From Isosphaeraceae bacterium (GTDB taxonomy: Bacteria; Planctomycetota; Planctomycetia; Isosphaerales; Isosphaeraceae), in the NCBI GenBank assembly GCA_965201075.1, contig CBDAVP010000016.1, positions 248,001 to 312,000 on the forward strand: DNA of 64,000 nt, written 5' to 3'. Under the pieces are notes generated by a model. The model saw only the letters and a program-made list of their open reading frames with translations, was not told where the DNA came from and did no database searches. Positions 1 to 10,214 of the stretch are shown here, one piece after another. Position 1 is the first letter of the stretch. Every line of letters begins with the position of its first letter. Position numbers and translations under genes: made by a program.

Positions 1-1
1 C

Positions 2-865
2 TCGTACATCTATCGAGAGAACAACCGCCGGTTCATCCCGATCAAGTTCAGCGTCGTGGGCCGAGACCTGGCCTCGGCGATCACCGAGGCCCAGCAGAGG
101 GTGAACGACCCCAAGGCCGGGGCGAAGCTGCGGGATGGCTACACCATCGAATGGTCGGGCGAGTTCGCCCAGATGCAAGAGGCCAACGCCCGGTTGATGT
201 GGATCGTGCCGCTGTCGATCGCTTTGATCGTGATTTTGCTGTACACGGCGTTCAACTCGGCCAAGGACGCGATGCTGGTGATGGCCAACGTCGTGGCCGC
301 GACGATGGGAGGCGTGTGGGCCCTGCGCCTCACGGGCACGCCGTTCAGTATTTCGGCGGCGGTGGGGTTCATCTCGATCTTCGGTGTCGCGGTGCAGGAC
401 GGGGTGCTCTTGATTTCGTACTTCAACCAGATGCGGGCCGAGGGAACGCCGGTGCGGGAGTCGGTAATGCGTGGGGCCGAGTTGCGGGTGCGGCCGGTGG
501 TCATGACGTCGCTGACCGCCGCGCTGGGCTTGCTGCCGGCGGCGATGGCCACGTCGATCGGGTCCCAGGCGCAAAAACCCTTGGCGATCGTGGTCGTCGG
601 CGGGATGCTGGTGACGCTGGCGTTGACCCGCTACCTGATGCCGGTGCTCTACAGCTTCTTCCCGGCGCCGGCGGGGCAGGTCTCGGGCGACCCGGGCGGG
701 TTGAAGGAGGGGTCGCATTACACCGACCTGATCCTCCAGAAACGGGCGGCCAGGGTCGCCGAGAAGCCAAACGGTCGGCGGGGCCGGTCCAACGGACGGT
801 CGGAGGAGCCGGGCACGTCGGGGATTGACGGGGGTGTGGACGTCTCGGAAGGAGGGCAACGATGA
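2..865 (+). CDS. CusA/CzcA-family heavy-metal RND efflux permease, C-terminal part (runs off the window start)
   Basis: Frame open from base 2 (SYIYRENNRRFIPIKFSV..); WSGEF, SISAAVGFISIFGVAVQDG and RVRPVVMTSLTAALGLLP..IGSQAQKPLAIVVVGG are typical of HME-RND. Confidence 0.93.
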   Translation, partial: SYIYRENNRRFIPIKFSVVGRDLASAITEAQQRVNDPKAGAKLRDGYTIEWSGEFAQMQEANARLMWIVPLSIALIVILLYTAFNSAKDAMLVMANVVAATMGGVWALRLTGTPFSISAAVGFISIFGVAVQDGVLLISYFNQMRAEGTPVRESVMRGAELRVRPVVMTSLTAALGLLPAAMATSIGSQAQKPLAIVVVGGMLVTLALTRYLMPVLYSFFPAPAGQVSGDPGGLKEGSHYTDLILQKRAARVAEKPNGRRGRSNGRSEEPGTSGIDGGVDVSEGGQR

Positions 866-2151
866 ACTGGAAGCTGCCGATCGCCATCGTCGCCACCGCC
901 GGAATCGGCGCGTTCGGCGTCCTGAACCCCCGGGCCCGACACACCGTCGAGGCCGCCATCAAAACGGCCAAGGCCGCCGCCGTCCGGCCGATGACCAGCC
1001 ACGACGAGGAAGCCGCGCCCGGCTCCCCCGCCGCGCCGGCCGAGACGACGGGCCGCTGGGACCACACCCTGTCACTGGACGAGGCCCAGGTCACCTCCCT
1101 CGGCCTGGCCACCGCGACGGTCAAGGCCCAGTCCGATCCCAGCAAGCTGCGCCTCGTCGGCCAGACCGACAACGACCCTTACACCCTCACCACCATCCGC
1201 CCGCAGTACAATTGCCGGGTCGAGAAGGTCCACGTCCGCGAGGGGGACCCCGTCAAGAAGAGCGAACCGCTGGTGGATCTCTTCAGCGCCGCTTTGGCCG
1301 AGGCCAAAAGCGACTATGAGAGCAAGTTCATCCAGTGCATCTACAACAAGGACCTCGTCGCCGCCAAGCGGGAACTCGCCAAGACCAAGTCCATCTCCAA
1401 CCGCGAGCTGGTCGAGGCCGAAAACAACGAGCGCAAAAGCCAGGTTGACATGAAGCTGGCCAAGGACGAGTTGCTGGTCTACGGACTCAGTGACGCCGAG
1501 ATCGAGAGCAGTCGCCAGGAGACCGGCACCCAGAAGGCGAAGTTCACCATCCGTTCGCCCGTTTCGGGGATCGTCATCAAGCGCGACGTGGTGCAGGACA
1601 ACCTGTACACGCCGTCGGACCCCCTGATGACGATCGCGCCCCTGGATCATTTCTGGGTGCGCGGCAACGTCAACGAGATCGACGCCGGCAAGGTGCAACT
1701 GGGCCAGGCCCTGGAAGTGGTCTTCCCTTACGAGGACCTGCACATCCCCGGCAAGGTGGAGTACATCGACAAGGCGATCGAGCCGGAAACACGAGCGGCC
1801 AAGTTCCGCACGGTGATCCCCAACCTTGGCGGTCGCTTGAAGTCGGGGATGTACGTCCGCGTGCTGCTGGACGTTCCTCCGGAACCGGGTCGGACGATCG
1901 TGCCGAGAATCGCCATGATCGCCGTCGACCGCGACACCTACGCCTTCGTTCGCAAACCCGGGACGGGCCACGTGTTCGAGCGTCGGCCGATCCACGCCTG
2001 GCAGGAAGGGGACGATGAGGTCATCGTCGACAAGGCGACCAAGGACCACCACGGCCTGGCCCCCGGCGAGGAGGTCGTGACCACTGGCAGCCTGATCCTC
2101 GAACAGATCTACGAGGACAAGTCGATGACCGAGACCGGCTCGGCCCTTTGA
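862..2151 (+). CDS. RND efflux periplasmic adaptor (membrane fusion protein, CzcB/CusB-like)
   Basis: N-terminal anchor, lipoyl-like halves (VEKVHVREGDPVKK; IRSPVSGIVIKR), helical hairpin, ETRAAKFR..NLGGRLKSGM; ATGA overlap with the permease. Confidence 0.9.
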   Translation: MNWKLPIAIVATAGIGAFGVLNPRARHTVEAAIKTAKAAAVRPMTSHDEEAAPGSPAAPAETTGRWDHTLSLDEAQVTSLGLATATVKAQSDPSKLRLVGQTDNDPYTLTTIRPQYNCRVEKVHVREGDPVKKSEPLVDLFSAALAEAKSDYESKFIQCIYNKDLVAAKRELAKTKSISNRELVEAENNERKSQVDMKLAKDELLVYGLSDAEIESSRQETGTQKAKFTIRSPVSGIVIKRDVVQDNLYTPSDPLMTIAPLDHFWVRGNVNEIDAGKVQLGQALEVVFPYEDLHIPGKVEYIDKAIEPETRAAKFRTVIPNLGGRLKSGMYVRVLLDVPPEPGRTIVPRIAMIAVDRDTYAFVRKPGTGHVFERRPIHAWQEGDDEVIVDKATKDHHGLAPGEEVVTTGSLILEQIYEDKSMTETGSAL

Positions 2152-2176
2152 CGCGGAGGCCGACGCCGCTCGGGGT

Positions 2177-2205
2177 TTGACCGGGCCTGGAGGCGGCGTT
2201 ACCAT
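2177..2205 (+). promoter_or_regulatory. Putative sigma-70 promoter TTGACC-N17-TACCAT
   Basis: Near-consensus hexamers with 17-bp spacing, about 80 bp upstream of ATG 2284. Confidence 0.5.
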
Positions 2206-2283
2206 CCGTAGACGAGGGAACCATCCACGTCTTTCGGAAGACCCGCGCGGCACTTGCCGTCACTTCTGGGAAAGGGGTCGACC

Positions 2284-2607
2284 ATGCCCTTGTTCGAGGT
2301 CGAGACCACGTCGCATATCATGATCGCCTGCGTCGACGACGAGCCCTCGGCTCGGTCGTTCGCCAAGGCGAACTATCCTGGCGAAGAGGTGATGCGGGTC
2401 AGCCACCGCCCTCGCGATGCGTGGGTCATCTCCAAGACCTTGCTGGGCCTCGGCGGCAAGGCCGACCCCTGTGCCAACGCCCGAGACTGCCTGGCCAAGG
2501 CCCAGGGCGACAAGTTGCACGCCGTCCGCCTGTACATGCAGCAGACCGGCGTCGACCTGGACGGGGCCCGGAAGGTCATCGAGTCGAACATGGCGATGGG
2601 TTGGTAA
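2284..2607 (+). CDS. Conserved planctomycete small protein (DUF6793-like)
   Basis: 107 aa, strong GC3 codon bias; MPLFEVET..RPRDAWVISK..GDKLHAVRLYM..ARKVIESNM recalled as a planctomycete family. Confidence 0.7.
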   Translation: MPLFEVETTSHIMIACVDDEPSARSFAKANYPGEEVMRVSHRPRDAWVISKTLLGLGGKADPCANARDCLAKAQGDKLHAVRLYMQQTGVDLDGARKVIESNMAMGW

Positions 2608-2716
2608 ACGGGTGGGAACTCGCGCAGCCCGGCACGCCTCGGGGCCGGGTTGGGACGAGGGGAGTGGCGGAGCGTTCGAGTTCGAGTGGAGTCGGGCGTG
2701 ACTGGGGGTCCGTGGG

Positions 2717-4009
2717 ATGTCGATGCCGAGGGTGATTTGTCTGATTCTGGGAGGCGGGCGGGGGACGCGGCTGTTCCCGCTGACCAAGTCTCGCAGCAAG
2801 CCCGCCGTGCCGATCGGGGGAAAGTACCGCCTGATCGACATCCCGATTTCCAACTGCATCCACTCGGGCCTCAACCAGATCTTCGTCCTGACCCAGTTCA
2901 ACTCCGTCAGCCTGCACCGCCACATCACCAACACCTATGACTTCGACCCCTTCGGCGGCGGGTTCGTCGAGATCCTGGCCGCCCAGCAGACGATGCAGCA
3001 CGAAAGCTGGTATCAGGGGACGGCCGACGCGGTCCGGCGCAACATCCCCTATTTTACCGAGTCGCACTTTGACCTGGTGTTGATCCTCTCCGGCGACCAG
3101 CTTTATCGGATGGACTTCCGGGAGATGATCCGCGACCACCTGGAGAACAAGGCCGACGCCACCATCGCCGCGCTTCCGGTTGGAGAAAAGGAAGCGCAGT
3201 CCTGCGGGATCATGCGAATTGACTCCGACGCCCGCGTCAACGACTTCGAGGAAAAGCCCAAGACCCCCGAAAAACTCGCCCGCGTCCGGACCGACCCCGA
3301 CTGGCTCGACCGCCACGGGATTCGCTCCGGAGGCCGGGCCTACCTGGCAAGCATGGGCATCTACCTGTTCAACAAGTCGATGCTGGTGGAGATGCTGGCC
3401 TCGACCACGGCGACCGACTTCGGCAAGGAACTCTTCCCTCAGGCAATCGCCCGCCACCGCGTCCAGACCCACCTCTTCGACGGTTACTGGGAAGACATCG
3501 GTACCGTCGGCGCCTTCCACCAGGCCAACATCGAGTTGACTCGCGACTCCCCGGCCTTCGATTTCAGCTTTCGCGGCCGGGAGATTTATACCCGCCCGCG
3601 CTACCTGCCGTGTGCCCGGATCAACGGGGCGATGATCAAGAATAGCCTGGTGGGGGATGGGGCGGTCATCGGGCGAGGGTCGGTCATCGAGAACTCGGTC
3701 ATCGGCATCCGAGCCCGGATCGGCGCCAATGTCACGATTCGCGACACCTACATCATGGGTTCCGACAGTTTCGAGACCCCCGACGACCAGGCGGCCAACA
3801 CTCGCGCCGGCCGTCCCAACTTCGGCATCGGCGACGGCTCCAGTGTCGAGAACGCCATCGTCGACAAGAACGCCCGCATCGGCCGCAACGTGCGCATCCT
3901 CAACGAGTCGGGCATTGTCGACTCCGAGGACGCCCCGCACTACGTTATCCGCGACAAGGTCGCGGTGATCCCCAAGTACACGATCTTGCAGGATGGCACG
4001 ACCATCTGA
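2717..4009 (+). CDS. glgC: Glucose-1-phosphate adenylyltransferase
   Basis: ILGGGRGTRLFPLT..RSKPAVPIGGKYRLIDIPISN, WYQGTADAV, ASMGIYLF, DFGKE, YWEDIGT, C-terminal beta-helix. Confidence 0.97.
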   Translation: MSMPRVICLILGGGRGTRLFPLTKSRSKPAVPIGGKYRLIDIPISNCIHSGLNQIFVLTQFNSVSLHRHITNTYDFDPFGGGFVEILAAQQTMQHESWYQGTADAVRRNIPYFTESHFDLVLILSGDQLYRMDFREMIRDHLENKADATIAALPVGEKEAQSCGIMRIDSDARVNDFEEKPKTPEKLARVRTDPDWLDRHGIRSGGRAYLASMGIYLFNKSMLVEMLASTTATDFGKELFPQAIARHRVQTHLFDGYWEDIGTVGAFHQANIELTRDSPAFDFSFRGREIYTRPRYLPCARINGAMIKNSLVGDGAVIGRGSVIENSVIGIRARIGANVTIRDTYIMGSDSFETPDDQAANTRAGRPNFGIGDGSSVENAIVDKNARIGRNVRILNESGIVDSEDAPHYVIRDKVAVIPKYTILQDGTTI

Positions 4010-4061
4010 CGGGGTCCGTCCCCTGTCCTCCGGCTTGCTCCGCGATTCAGGACCTCTTCCG

Positions 4062-4946
4062 TTGGCGACTGAAGCGAATACCCTTGGCGACGACCGCATC
4101 GGAGGGTATCGCTACGTCCGGATGATCCACGCCGGGCAGAATTCCAGCGTGATGGAGGTGGTTCAGGATTCGACGGGTCGTCGGTTCGTCATGAAGCAAC
4201 TGCTAGGCAACAAGACCGGCGACCCCGCCGAGCGAAGGGCGTTCGACCACGAGGCCCGTCTCGGCCAGATCCTGTTCCACCCCAACCTGATCCGGGTCCA
4301 CGAATATTCCAAGATCAAGGACCAGCCGTTCTTCGTCATGGACTATTTCCCCTCGCACCACATGGGGCTGTACACGGGAAGGCCGGATAAGTACTCATTG
4401 CCCAAGGGGCGGCTGCACACGGTCATCAAGCAGTCCGGCGCGGCGCTGTCGTACATGCACGACCGCGGCTGGGTCCACCGCGACATCAAGCCGGCCAACA
4501 TCATTGTCAACAAGGGGGGCGAGGCTCGCCTGATCGACTATGCCCTGGCGTTGAAGTCGTACTCGATCTTCCAGAAGCTGATGAGAATGAAGCCCGCTCG
4601 CGCGGGGACGGCCTCGTACATGTCGCCGGAGCAGATCCGCCGGGACCCGCCCGACCCCTCCGCCGACATTTACAGCTTCGGCGTGAGTTGCTACGAGATG
4701 GCCAGTGGCAAGAAGCCGTTCACGGCGAACTCCTCCAGCGAGTTGCTCAGTAAGCACATGCGGGACGTGCCGACCCCGCCGATTGTCTACAACAAGGCGA
4801 TCACTCCCGAGTTCTCGGAACTCGTGATGTCGATGATCCGCAAGAAGCCGGCTGACCGTCCGAAGTCGATGCACGAGGTGCTCAGCCGGCACTCCCGCCT
4901 GAAAATTTACGTCGACGACCCCGACCCTCTGTCTGACCGTTTTTGA
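4062..4946 (+). CDS. Ser/Thr protein kinase (Hanks type, stand-alone catalytic domain)
   Basis: VMK, HPNLI, HRDIKPAN, IDYAL (DFG position), GTASYMSPEQ, DIYSFG; start uncertain (TTG 4062 chosen, ORF open from 3993). Confidence 0.9.
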   Translation: MATEANTLGDDRIGGYRYVRMIHAGQNSSVMEVVQDSTGRRFVMKQLLGNKTGDPAERRAFDHEARLGQILFHPNLIRVHEYSKIKDQPFFVMDYFPSHHMGLYTGRPDKYSLPKGRLHTVIKQSGAALSYMHDRGWVHRDIKPANIIVNKGGEARLIDYALALKSYSIFQKLMRMKPARAGTASYMSPEQIRRDPPDPSADIYSFGVSCYEMASGKKPFTANSSSELLSKHMRDVPTPPIVYNKAITPEFSELVMSMIRKKPADRPKSMHEVLSRHSRLKIYVDDPDPLSDRF

Positions 4947-4983
4947 GCCGGTGAGGTGGACGGATCCTAGAGGATCATGCTCG

Positions 4984-5301
4984 ATGGAGAACCCCGGCGG
5001 ACTTACCCGACCCAGTGACGATCCGCGGTCTCCTGCCTCAAGACGCTCTTTCACGAATCCTGGTACGTGGATGGGTTCCTTGCTAGGATTGTTCGCCGTG
5101 TGGCGCATGATGTCGGGAGTGATCGACCCGAAAGTGACGGAGCACAAGGCGATCTTCCCGTTGGCGGTTGTCATGCTCTGTGCCTTCGCCGTTTTCGTCT
5201 GGCTCTTGTTTACGATGATCGGACAAGTCGTTGGCTCGTGGGTCGGGGCGGACGCCGATGTGGGACCGGGAGAAGAGTTTGAGCCGACTTCCCAGACGTG
5301 A
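4984..5301 (+). CDS. Hypothetical small membrane protein (2 hydrophobic segments)
   Basis: Fills the kinase-accA gap; hydrophobic stretches WMGSLLGLFAVW and IFPLAVVMLCAFAVFVWLLFTMIG. Confidence 0.45.
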   Translation: MENPGGLTRPSDDPRSPASRRSFTNPGTWMGSLLGLFAVWRMMSGVIDPKVTEHKAIFPLAVVMLCAFAVFVWLLFTMIGQVVGSWVGADADVGPGEEFEPTSQT

Positions 5302-5409
5302 ATCGCCTGACCTTTCCTCGCAACGAATCGCATTCGCTAGTCTCTGAATTGTTTGCATCTCACCGTCTCCCCCCTGCCCTATTTTTCTACTTCCAGGATT
5401 GGAACGACG

Positions 5410-6423
5410 ATGTCCAGCCCCGGCGAATACCGCCTACCCTTCGAGGCGCCCATCCACGAGATGGAGGCGAGGCTCAGCGATCTGGAGTCATTGCACACCA
5501 AGACCCGCGCCGGGGGCGAAGGCCCTCCGCCCCAGCTCGCCGAGCAAATCCGCACGATTCGCCGGGAACTCGCGGCCCTGAAGCGGGAGATTTACGCCAA
5601 CCTCGACCCCTGGCAGTCGGTTCAGGTCGCCCGCCACCCCAAGCGTCCCCAGTTTCGCGACTACCTGGAGCCGGTCTTCGACGGCTTCGTCGAGCTTCAC
5701 GGCGATCGCGCCATCGGCGATGACCAGGCGATGGTCACGGGGTTCGGCCACCTGGGGGACCTCAAGGTAATGGTCCTGGGCCACCAGAAGGGAAAGAATC
5801 TGGCCGAGCGCAAGGCCACCAACTTCGGCTGTGCCCACCCCGAGGGCTACCGCAAGGCCCTGGTGAAGATGCGCCTGGCCGCGAAGTTTGGCCTGCCGAT
5901 CGTCTGCCTGATCGACACTCCGGGCGCCTATCCGGGGATCGCCGCCGAGGAGCGGGGCCAGGCCGCGATCATCGCCGAGAACCTGATGGCCATGAGCCAG
6001 ATCGACACGCCCATCCTTTGCGTGGTCATTGGCGAGGGAGGGTCTGGCGGGGCGCTGGGGATCGGCATGGGCGACCGCGTGGCGATGCTGGAACACTCCT
6101 ACTACTCCGTCATCAGCCCCGAGGGGTGCGCGACGATCTTGTGGAAAGGGGCCGACAAGGCGCCCGACGCCGCCCGGGCCTTGAAGATGACCGCCCGCGA
6201 CGCCCTGGGTTTCGGAATCATCGACGACGTCATCGCCGAACCCCTGGGAGGCGCCCATCGCGACCACCGTGGCACCGCGCTCGCGTTGAAGTCGTATCTG
6301 ATCCGCTCGTTCCGGGAACTGGCCGAGTTGCCCCGCGATGGGTTGCTCGACCGTCGCTACGAGAAGTTCCGCAAGATTGGCATCTTCGAGGAACCGTCGC
6401 TGGCCCTCAACGGCCACGCCTGA
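5410..6423 (+). CDS. accA: Acetyl-CoA carboxylase carboxyltransferase alpha subunit
   Basis: LPFEAPI, ARHPKRP, ELHGDR, NFGCAHPEGYRKA, DTPGAYPG..AEERGQ, GEGGSGGALG, YSVISPEGCA. Confidence 0.97.
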   Translation: MSSPGEYRLPFEAPIHEMEARLSDLESLHTKTRAGGEGPPPQLAEQIRTIRRELAALKREIYANLDPWQSVQVARHPKRPQFRDYLEPVFDGFVELHGDRAIGDDQAMVTGFGHLGDLKVMVLGHQKGKNLAERKATNFGCAHPEGYRKALVKMRLAAKFGLPIVCLIDTPGAYPGIAAEERGQAAIIAENLMAMSQIDTPILCVVIGEGGSGGALGIGMGDRVAMLEHSYYSVISPEGCATILWKGADKAPDAARALKMTARDALGFGIIDDVIAEPLGGAHRDHRGTALALKSYLIRSFRELAELPRDGLLDRRYEKFRKIGIFEEPSLALNGHA

Positions 6424-6447
6424 GCGAGCCCTCCACCTCGACCGCGA

Positions 6448-6476
6448 TTGACCTGTTTCGCCCCCTCTGCTAGAAC
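6448..6476 (+). promoter_or_regulatory. Putative sigma-70 promoter TTGACC-N17-TAGAAC with extended -10 TG
   Basis: Located between accA and the first glycosyltransferase; 17-bp spacing. Confidence 0.5.
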
Positions 6477-6532
6477 CCTCGCGCCGAGCCCACGCCCCGG
6501 TTGGGAGCGGCTCGACCCGCGAGAGGGCCACC

Positions 6533-7642
6533 ATGTCGCGCCGCAAGGTCGCGTTCCTGACGCCTTTGTATTTTGACGAACGCTCCTGCCTGGGTGGGGG
6601 CGAGCGCTACCCCCTGAACCTGGCTCATGGGGTCGTCGCCGCGTCGAACGGGGACTATGGCGTCGAGATCCTCTCCTTCGGCGATGCGCCCAGGCGGCAA
6701 GCCCTGGCTCCGGGGGTCGACCTGCGGGTTCTGGTCGCCGCCGGACGGCCCGCGAACCCGGCCGACGTGGTCTCCTGGGAGCTTCCTGAGGCCCTGGCCG
6801 ACGCCGACCTCGTCCACATCCACCAGGCGTACACCCGTTGCAGCGAGCTAGGCTTGCTGGTCGCCCGCCAGCAGGGCAAGCCAATCTGCGTCACCGACCA
6901 CGGCGGCAACTCCAGCCAACTGGGCCTGGACCTGGCGAGCTTGGACCTGGCCGATCGGGTCTTCTGCCAGTCCGAATACGCGGCGACCTTTCTGCACACC
7001 CGGACCCCGCTGGTGATGGTCAAGGGGGGCGTCGACGCGACGAGGTTCGCCCCGCCCGAAGTCCGCCCCACGCGAGATCGTGCCCTCTACGTCGGCCGAC
7101 TCCTGCCGCACAAAGGGGTGGATCGGCTGATCGAGGCGGTCCCCCATGACCTGCCCCTGACCGTCTGCGGACGGCCTTACCACGACGACTATTTCCGTCT
7201 CCTGCAACAACTGGCCCGGGGCAAGCGGGTCGAGTTCGTGACCGACGCCGACGACGCGACCATTCTGGACCTGTACTCAAGGGCCTGGGCCAACGTCCTG
7301 CCGTCGGTCTTTCGCGATTGCTACGGAAACAGTCACCTGGCTCCCGAACTGATGGGACTGACCTTGCTGGAGGCGATGGCCTGCGGCACTCCGGCCATCG
7401 CCTCAAGGGTCGGCGCGATGCCCGAGTTCATCATCGAGGGAAAGACCGGCTTCGTCTTCGACACGCCCGAGCAACTCGCCGGTCAGCTGCTCGCATTGGC
7501 GGCCGACCCCTCGCGGGCCGACGAGATGGGTCGGCGGGGTCGTGAGGTCGTCCTGGCCGAATATGACCTACGAGTCCTCGGTGCCCGGACCGTGACGGTC
7601 TATGAAGACCTGCTCCGCCGGGGCCGGGAGGTGGCCGCTTGA
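6533..7642 (+). CDS. Glycosyltransferase family 4
   Basis: GGGERY, YVGRLLPHKG, ELMGLTLLEAMACGTP (E-x7-E). Confidence 0.92.
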   Translation: MSRRKVAFLTPLYFDERSCLGGGERYPLNLAHGVVAASNGDYGVEILSFGDAPRRQALAPGVDLRVLVAAGRPANPADVVSWELPEALADADLVHIHQAYTRCSELGLLVARQQGKPICVTDHGGNSSQLGLDLASLDLADRVFCQSEYAATFLHTRTPLVMVKGGVDATRFAPPEVRPTRDRALYVGRLLPHKGVDRLIEAVPHDLPLTVCGRPYHDDYFRLLQQLARGKRVEFVTDADDATILDLYSRAWANVLPSVFRDCYGNSHLAPELMGLTLLEAMACGTPAIASRVGAMPEFIIEGKTGFVFDTPEQLAGQLLALAADPSRADEMGRRGREVVLAEYDLRVLGARTVTVYEDLLRRGREVAA

Positions 7643-8916
7643 AGGTCCTGGCGCTGTCGAACCTGTATCCCCCGGACCATGTCGGAGGCTATGAACTCGC
7701 CTGCGCCCAGGTGGTCGACGCCCTGAGGGCCCGAGGCCATGAGGTCGAGGTTCTCACCAGTGCCCCGCGGTCCCGGCCGGTGCCGCGCGTCGCGCACGTC
7801 CGCCGAGACCTGCGGTTCAGCGACACCTGGAGCCCCTACCACTTCCACCGAATCCATCACGTCACCCAGAGGGCCCTGGACGCCGAATCGCGGTTCGTCA
7901 ACGCCGGCAATGTCCATGCTCTGCTGCGTACCCTCGAAGACTTCCGCCCTGATGTCGTGTACCTGAACCACCTGCTGGGCGTGGGCGGGCTTGGGCTCCT
8001 GGGATGCCTGCAACACCTTCAGGTCCCCTGGGTCTGGCAGCTTGGCGACCTTGTCCCCGCCTACCTGTGCAGCTTCTGGGACGAGATCCTCCCCCCGCTG
8101 GCTCGGGAGTTCAGCCGGCAGGTGCGTGGTCATTATCTGGTCGTCAGCCAGAAGATGCGGGAGGAGATCGAGCGCCGGGGGGTCGCCCTGAACGGGACCG
8201 TCGAGGTCTTGCCCAACTGGATCGCGTTCGAGCCGCCGCCCCGTCGGTCGCGATACTTCCGGCCCGGCGACCGGTTGAAGGTCGTCTCGGCGGGTCGGAT
8301 CGACCGTGAGAAGGGGATTGATCTGCTGATTCGGGCCGCGGCATTGCTGAACGACGCGGGCCGGGACAACTTCAAGGTGGACATCTTCGGCCGGGTCGCG
8401 GATCTGGAATTCCCCAACCTGGTGCATCAACTGGGCGTCGGCGACCGCGTGACCTTCCGAGGGGCCCTCCCCCAGCCGGGCCTCATCGAGGAGTTCCAGC
8501 GCTCGGACCTGTTCGCGTTCCCGACCCACGAGAACGAGCCGTTTGGCCTGGCGCCCCTGGAAGCCGCGGCGGTGGGCTGCGTGCCTTTGCTGGCCCAGCA
8601 TTGCGGGGTCGGCGAGTGGCTGGTCAAGGACGTCCACTGCCTCAAGGCCCCGCGCACGGCCGAGGGATTCGCCTCGGCGATTGGTCGGGTCCTGGACGGC
8701 TCGGTCGACCTTGAAGCGATCGGGAGACGGGCCGAGGCCACGGTCCGCCGCGACTTCCGCCTCGACGCGATCCTCCCAAGCATCGAACGGGCGCTGACCC
8801 AGGCCGCGAGCGAGCCTCGCCCCGCCCCGCCCGGTATGGCCGACGACGTGATGCGGATGGCCTTGCTCTGGGAGAAATTGACCGAGATCCTTCTCCAGGA
8901 ACCCCGCGTCGCCTGA
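7639..8916 (+). CDS. Glycosyltransferase family 4
   Basis: SNLYPP..GGYE, AGRIDREKG, EPFGLAPLEAAAVG; TTG start overlaps the previous stop. Confidence 0.92.
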   Translation: MKVLALSNLYPPDHVGGYELACAQVVDALRARGHEVEVLTSAPRSRPVPRVAHVRRDLRFSDTWSPYHFHRIHHVTQRALDAESRFVNAGNVHALLRTLEDFRPDVVYLNHLLGVGGLGLLGCLQHLQVPWVWQLGDLVPAYLCSFWDEILPPLAREFSRQVRGHYLVVSQKMREEIERRGVALNGTVEVLPNWIAFEPPPRRSRYFRPGDRLKVVSAGRIDREKGIDLLIRAAALLNDAGRDNFKVDIFGRVADLEFPNLVHQLGVGDRVTFRGALPQPGLIEEFQRSDLFAFPTHENEPFGLAPLEAAAVGCVPLLAQHCGVGEWLVKDVHCLKAPRTAEGFASAIGRVLDGSVDLEAIGRRAEATVRRDFRLDAILPSIERALTQAASEPRPAPPGMADDVMRMALLWEKLTEILLQEPRVA

Positions 8917-8935
8917 GCCGAAAGGATTCCCGCCC

Positions 8936-10138
8936 ATGATTGCCCCGGAACCCTCAGCGACACTCTCCCTGCCCTCGGCACGCTCCGACGCACATCCCCA
9001 ACGAATGCGAGCTCTCTGGGCGCTGGAGTCCTCCAACCAACTGTATTCGGGAATTGGCCGCAACCTGTTCGAGACGGTGAGTCGTCTGACCGATCGGATC
9101 GCCTGGACCTTCGCCATCGACGATCGCGAGCCGGCCAACGTCGCGATCCTCCAACGGTTCGCCGAGCGCCACGGCTGCGCGGTCCACGTCGGTCCCGGCC
9201 GGGTCGTCGAGGGCCAGTCGGGGCCCGTCAACGAAGCCTTGCCCTCGTTGCTGGCCGAGGATCGCTGGGACGTCGTCGGCGTGGAAGGCTGGGCGAACTC
9301 GGCAGCCCATGAACAGGTGCTGGGCTTGATCGGCGACCGCGTGCTTTGCTACACGCCCCACGACCAGCCGACCTGGACCGTGCCGTTCTCGGAGGTCGAG
9401 GCCGCGCACGTCGCCGAGGTCCACCACCGGGTCGTCCGCAGGGCCGACGTGGTCTGTTGCGTCTCGCCGGCCGAGCGGCGGGCCCTCCAGCGGTTCGACC
9501 CGGCCCGGGATCATTGCCAGTACACGCCCAACGGCTGCGACTTCGCCAACTTCCGCCCCGGCCCGGTCCATCGCGAGCCGCGATTGCTGTTCGTGGGCGA
9601 CCTGGCCGAACCTCGCAAGCGGTTCGATCGCGCTTTGGTCGTGGTCGCCCGGCTGCTTGAAGAGTGGCCCGGCCTGCGGCTGACGGTCATCGGCAATCGC
9701 AGCGACCGCGCCGCGGCGCTGATTCCCGACGACCTACGACCTGCGTGCGACCTGCGCGGCTACGTGGGCGAGGCCGAATTGCGGCGGGCGTATGCCCAGA
9801 GCGCGGGGCTGCTGTTGCTGTCGGACTTCGAGGCGTTTGGCCTGCCGATCCTCGAAGCCCTCGCCTGCGGGACGCCCGTGTTCACGACCCGCCAACCCAT
9901 CACCGAAAGCCTCTTCGCGGGGTTTGCCGGTGTTCATTTTGCTTCACCGGATGACCCGGAATCCGCGGTGTCGCTGATCGCGGGTTCACTCAGACGGGGA
10001 GAGGAAGCGATCGTGGAAGTCCTCCGGGGTCGAGACCGTCTGAAAGCGGAATTTGACTACCGGCGTCTCGCCGAGCGCAAGGCTGACGCCATCATCTCGG
10101 CCTGGGTGGGTCGTCACCACTGGTGCTGGTCCGCCTGA
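8936..10138 (+). CDS. Glycosyltransferase family 4
   Basis: PNGCD, LFVGDL..RKRFD, EAFGLPILEALACGTP. Confidence 0.9.
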   Translation: MIAPEPSATLSLPSARSDAHPQRMRALWALESSNQLYSGIGRNLFETVSRLTDRIAWTFAIDDREPANVAILQRFAERHGCAVHVGPGRVVEGQSGPVNEALPSLLAEDRWDVVGVEGWANSAAHEQVLGLIGDRVLCYTPHDQPTWTVPFSEVEAAHVAEVHHRVVRRADVVCCVSPAERRALQRFDPARDHCQYTPNGCDFANFRPGPVHREPRLLFVGDLAEPRKRFDRALVVVARLLEEWPGLRLTVIGNRSDRAAALIPDDLRPACDLRGYVGEAELRRAYAQSAGLLLLSDFEAFGLPILEALACGTPVFTTRQPITESLFAGFAGVHFASPDDPESAVSLIAGSLRRGEEAIVEVLRGRDRLKAEFDYRRLAERKADAIISAWVGRHHWCWSA

Positions 10139-10214
10139 CGACATTCCGGAAATCACTCCGGGCCTTCCAGGATTGAGCCATCCCTCGGACGAAAGATTTG
10201 GCGTGACGTTGCCG

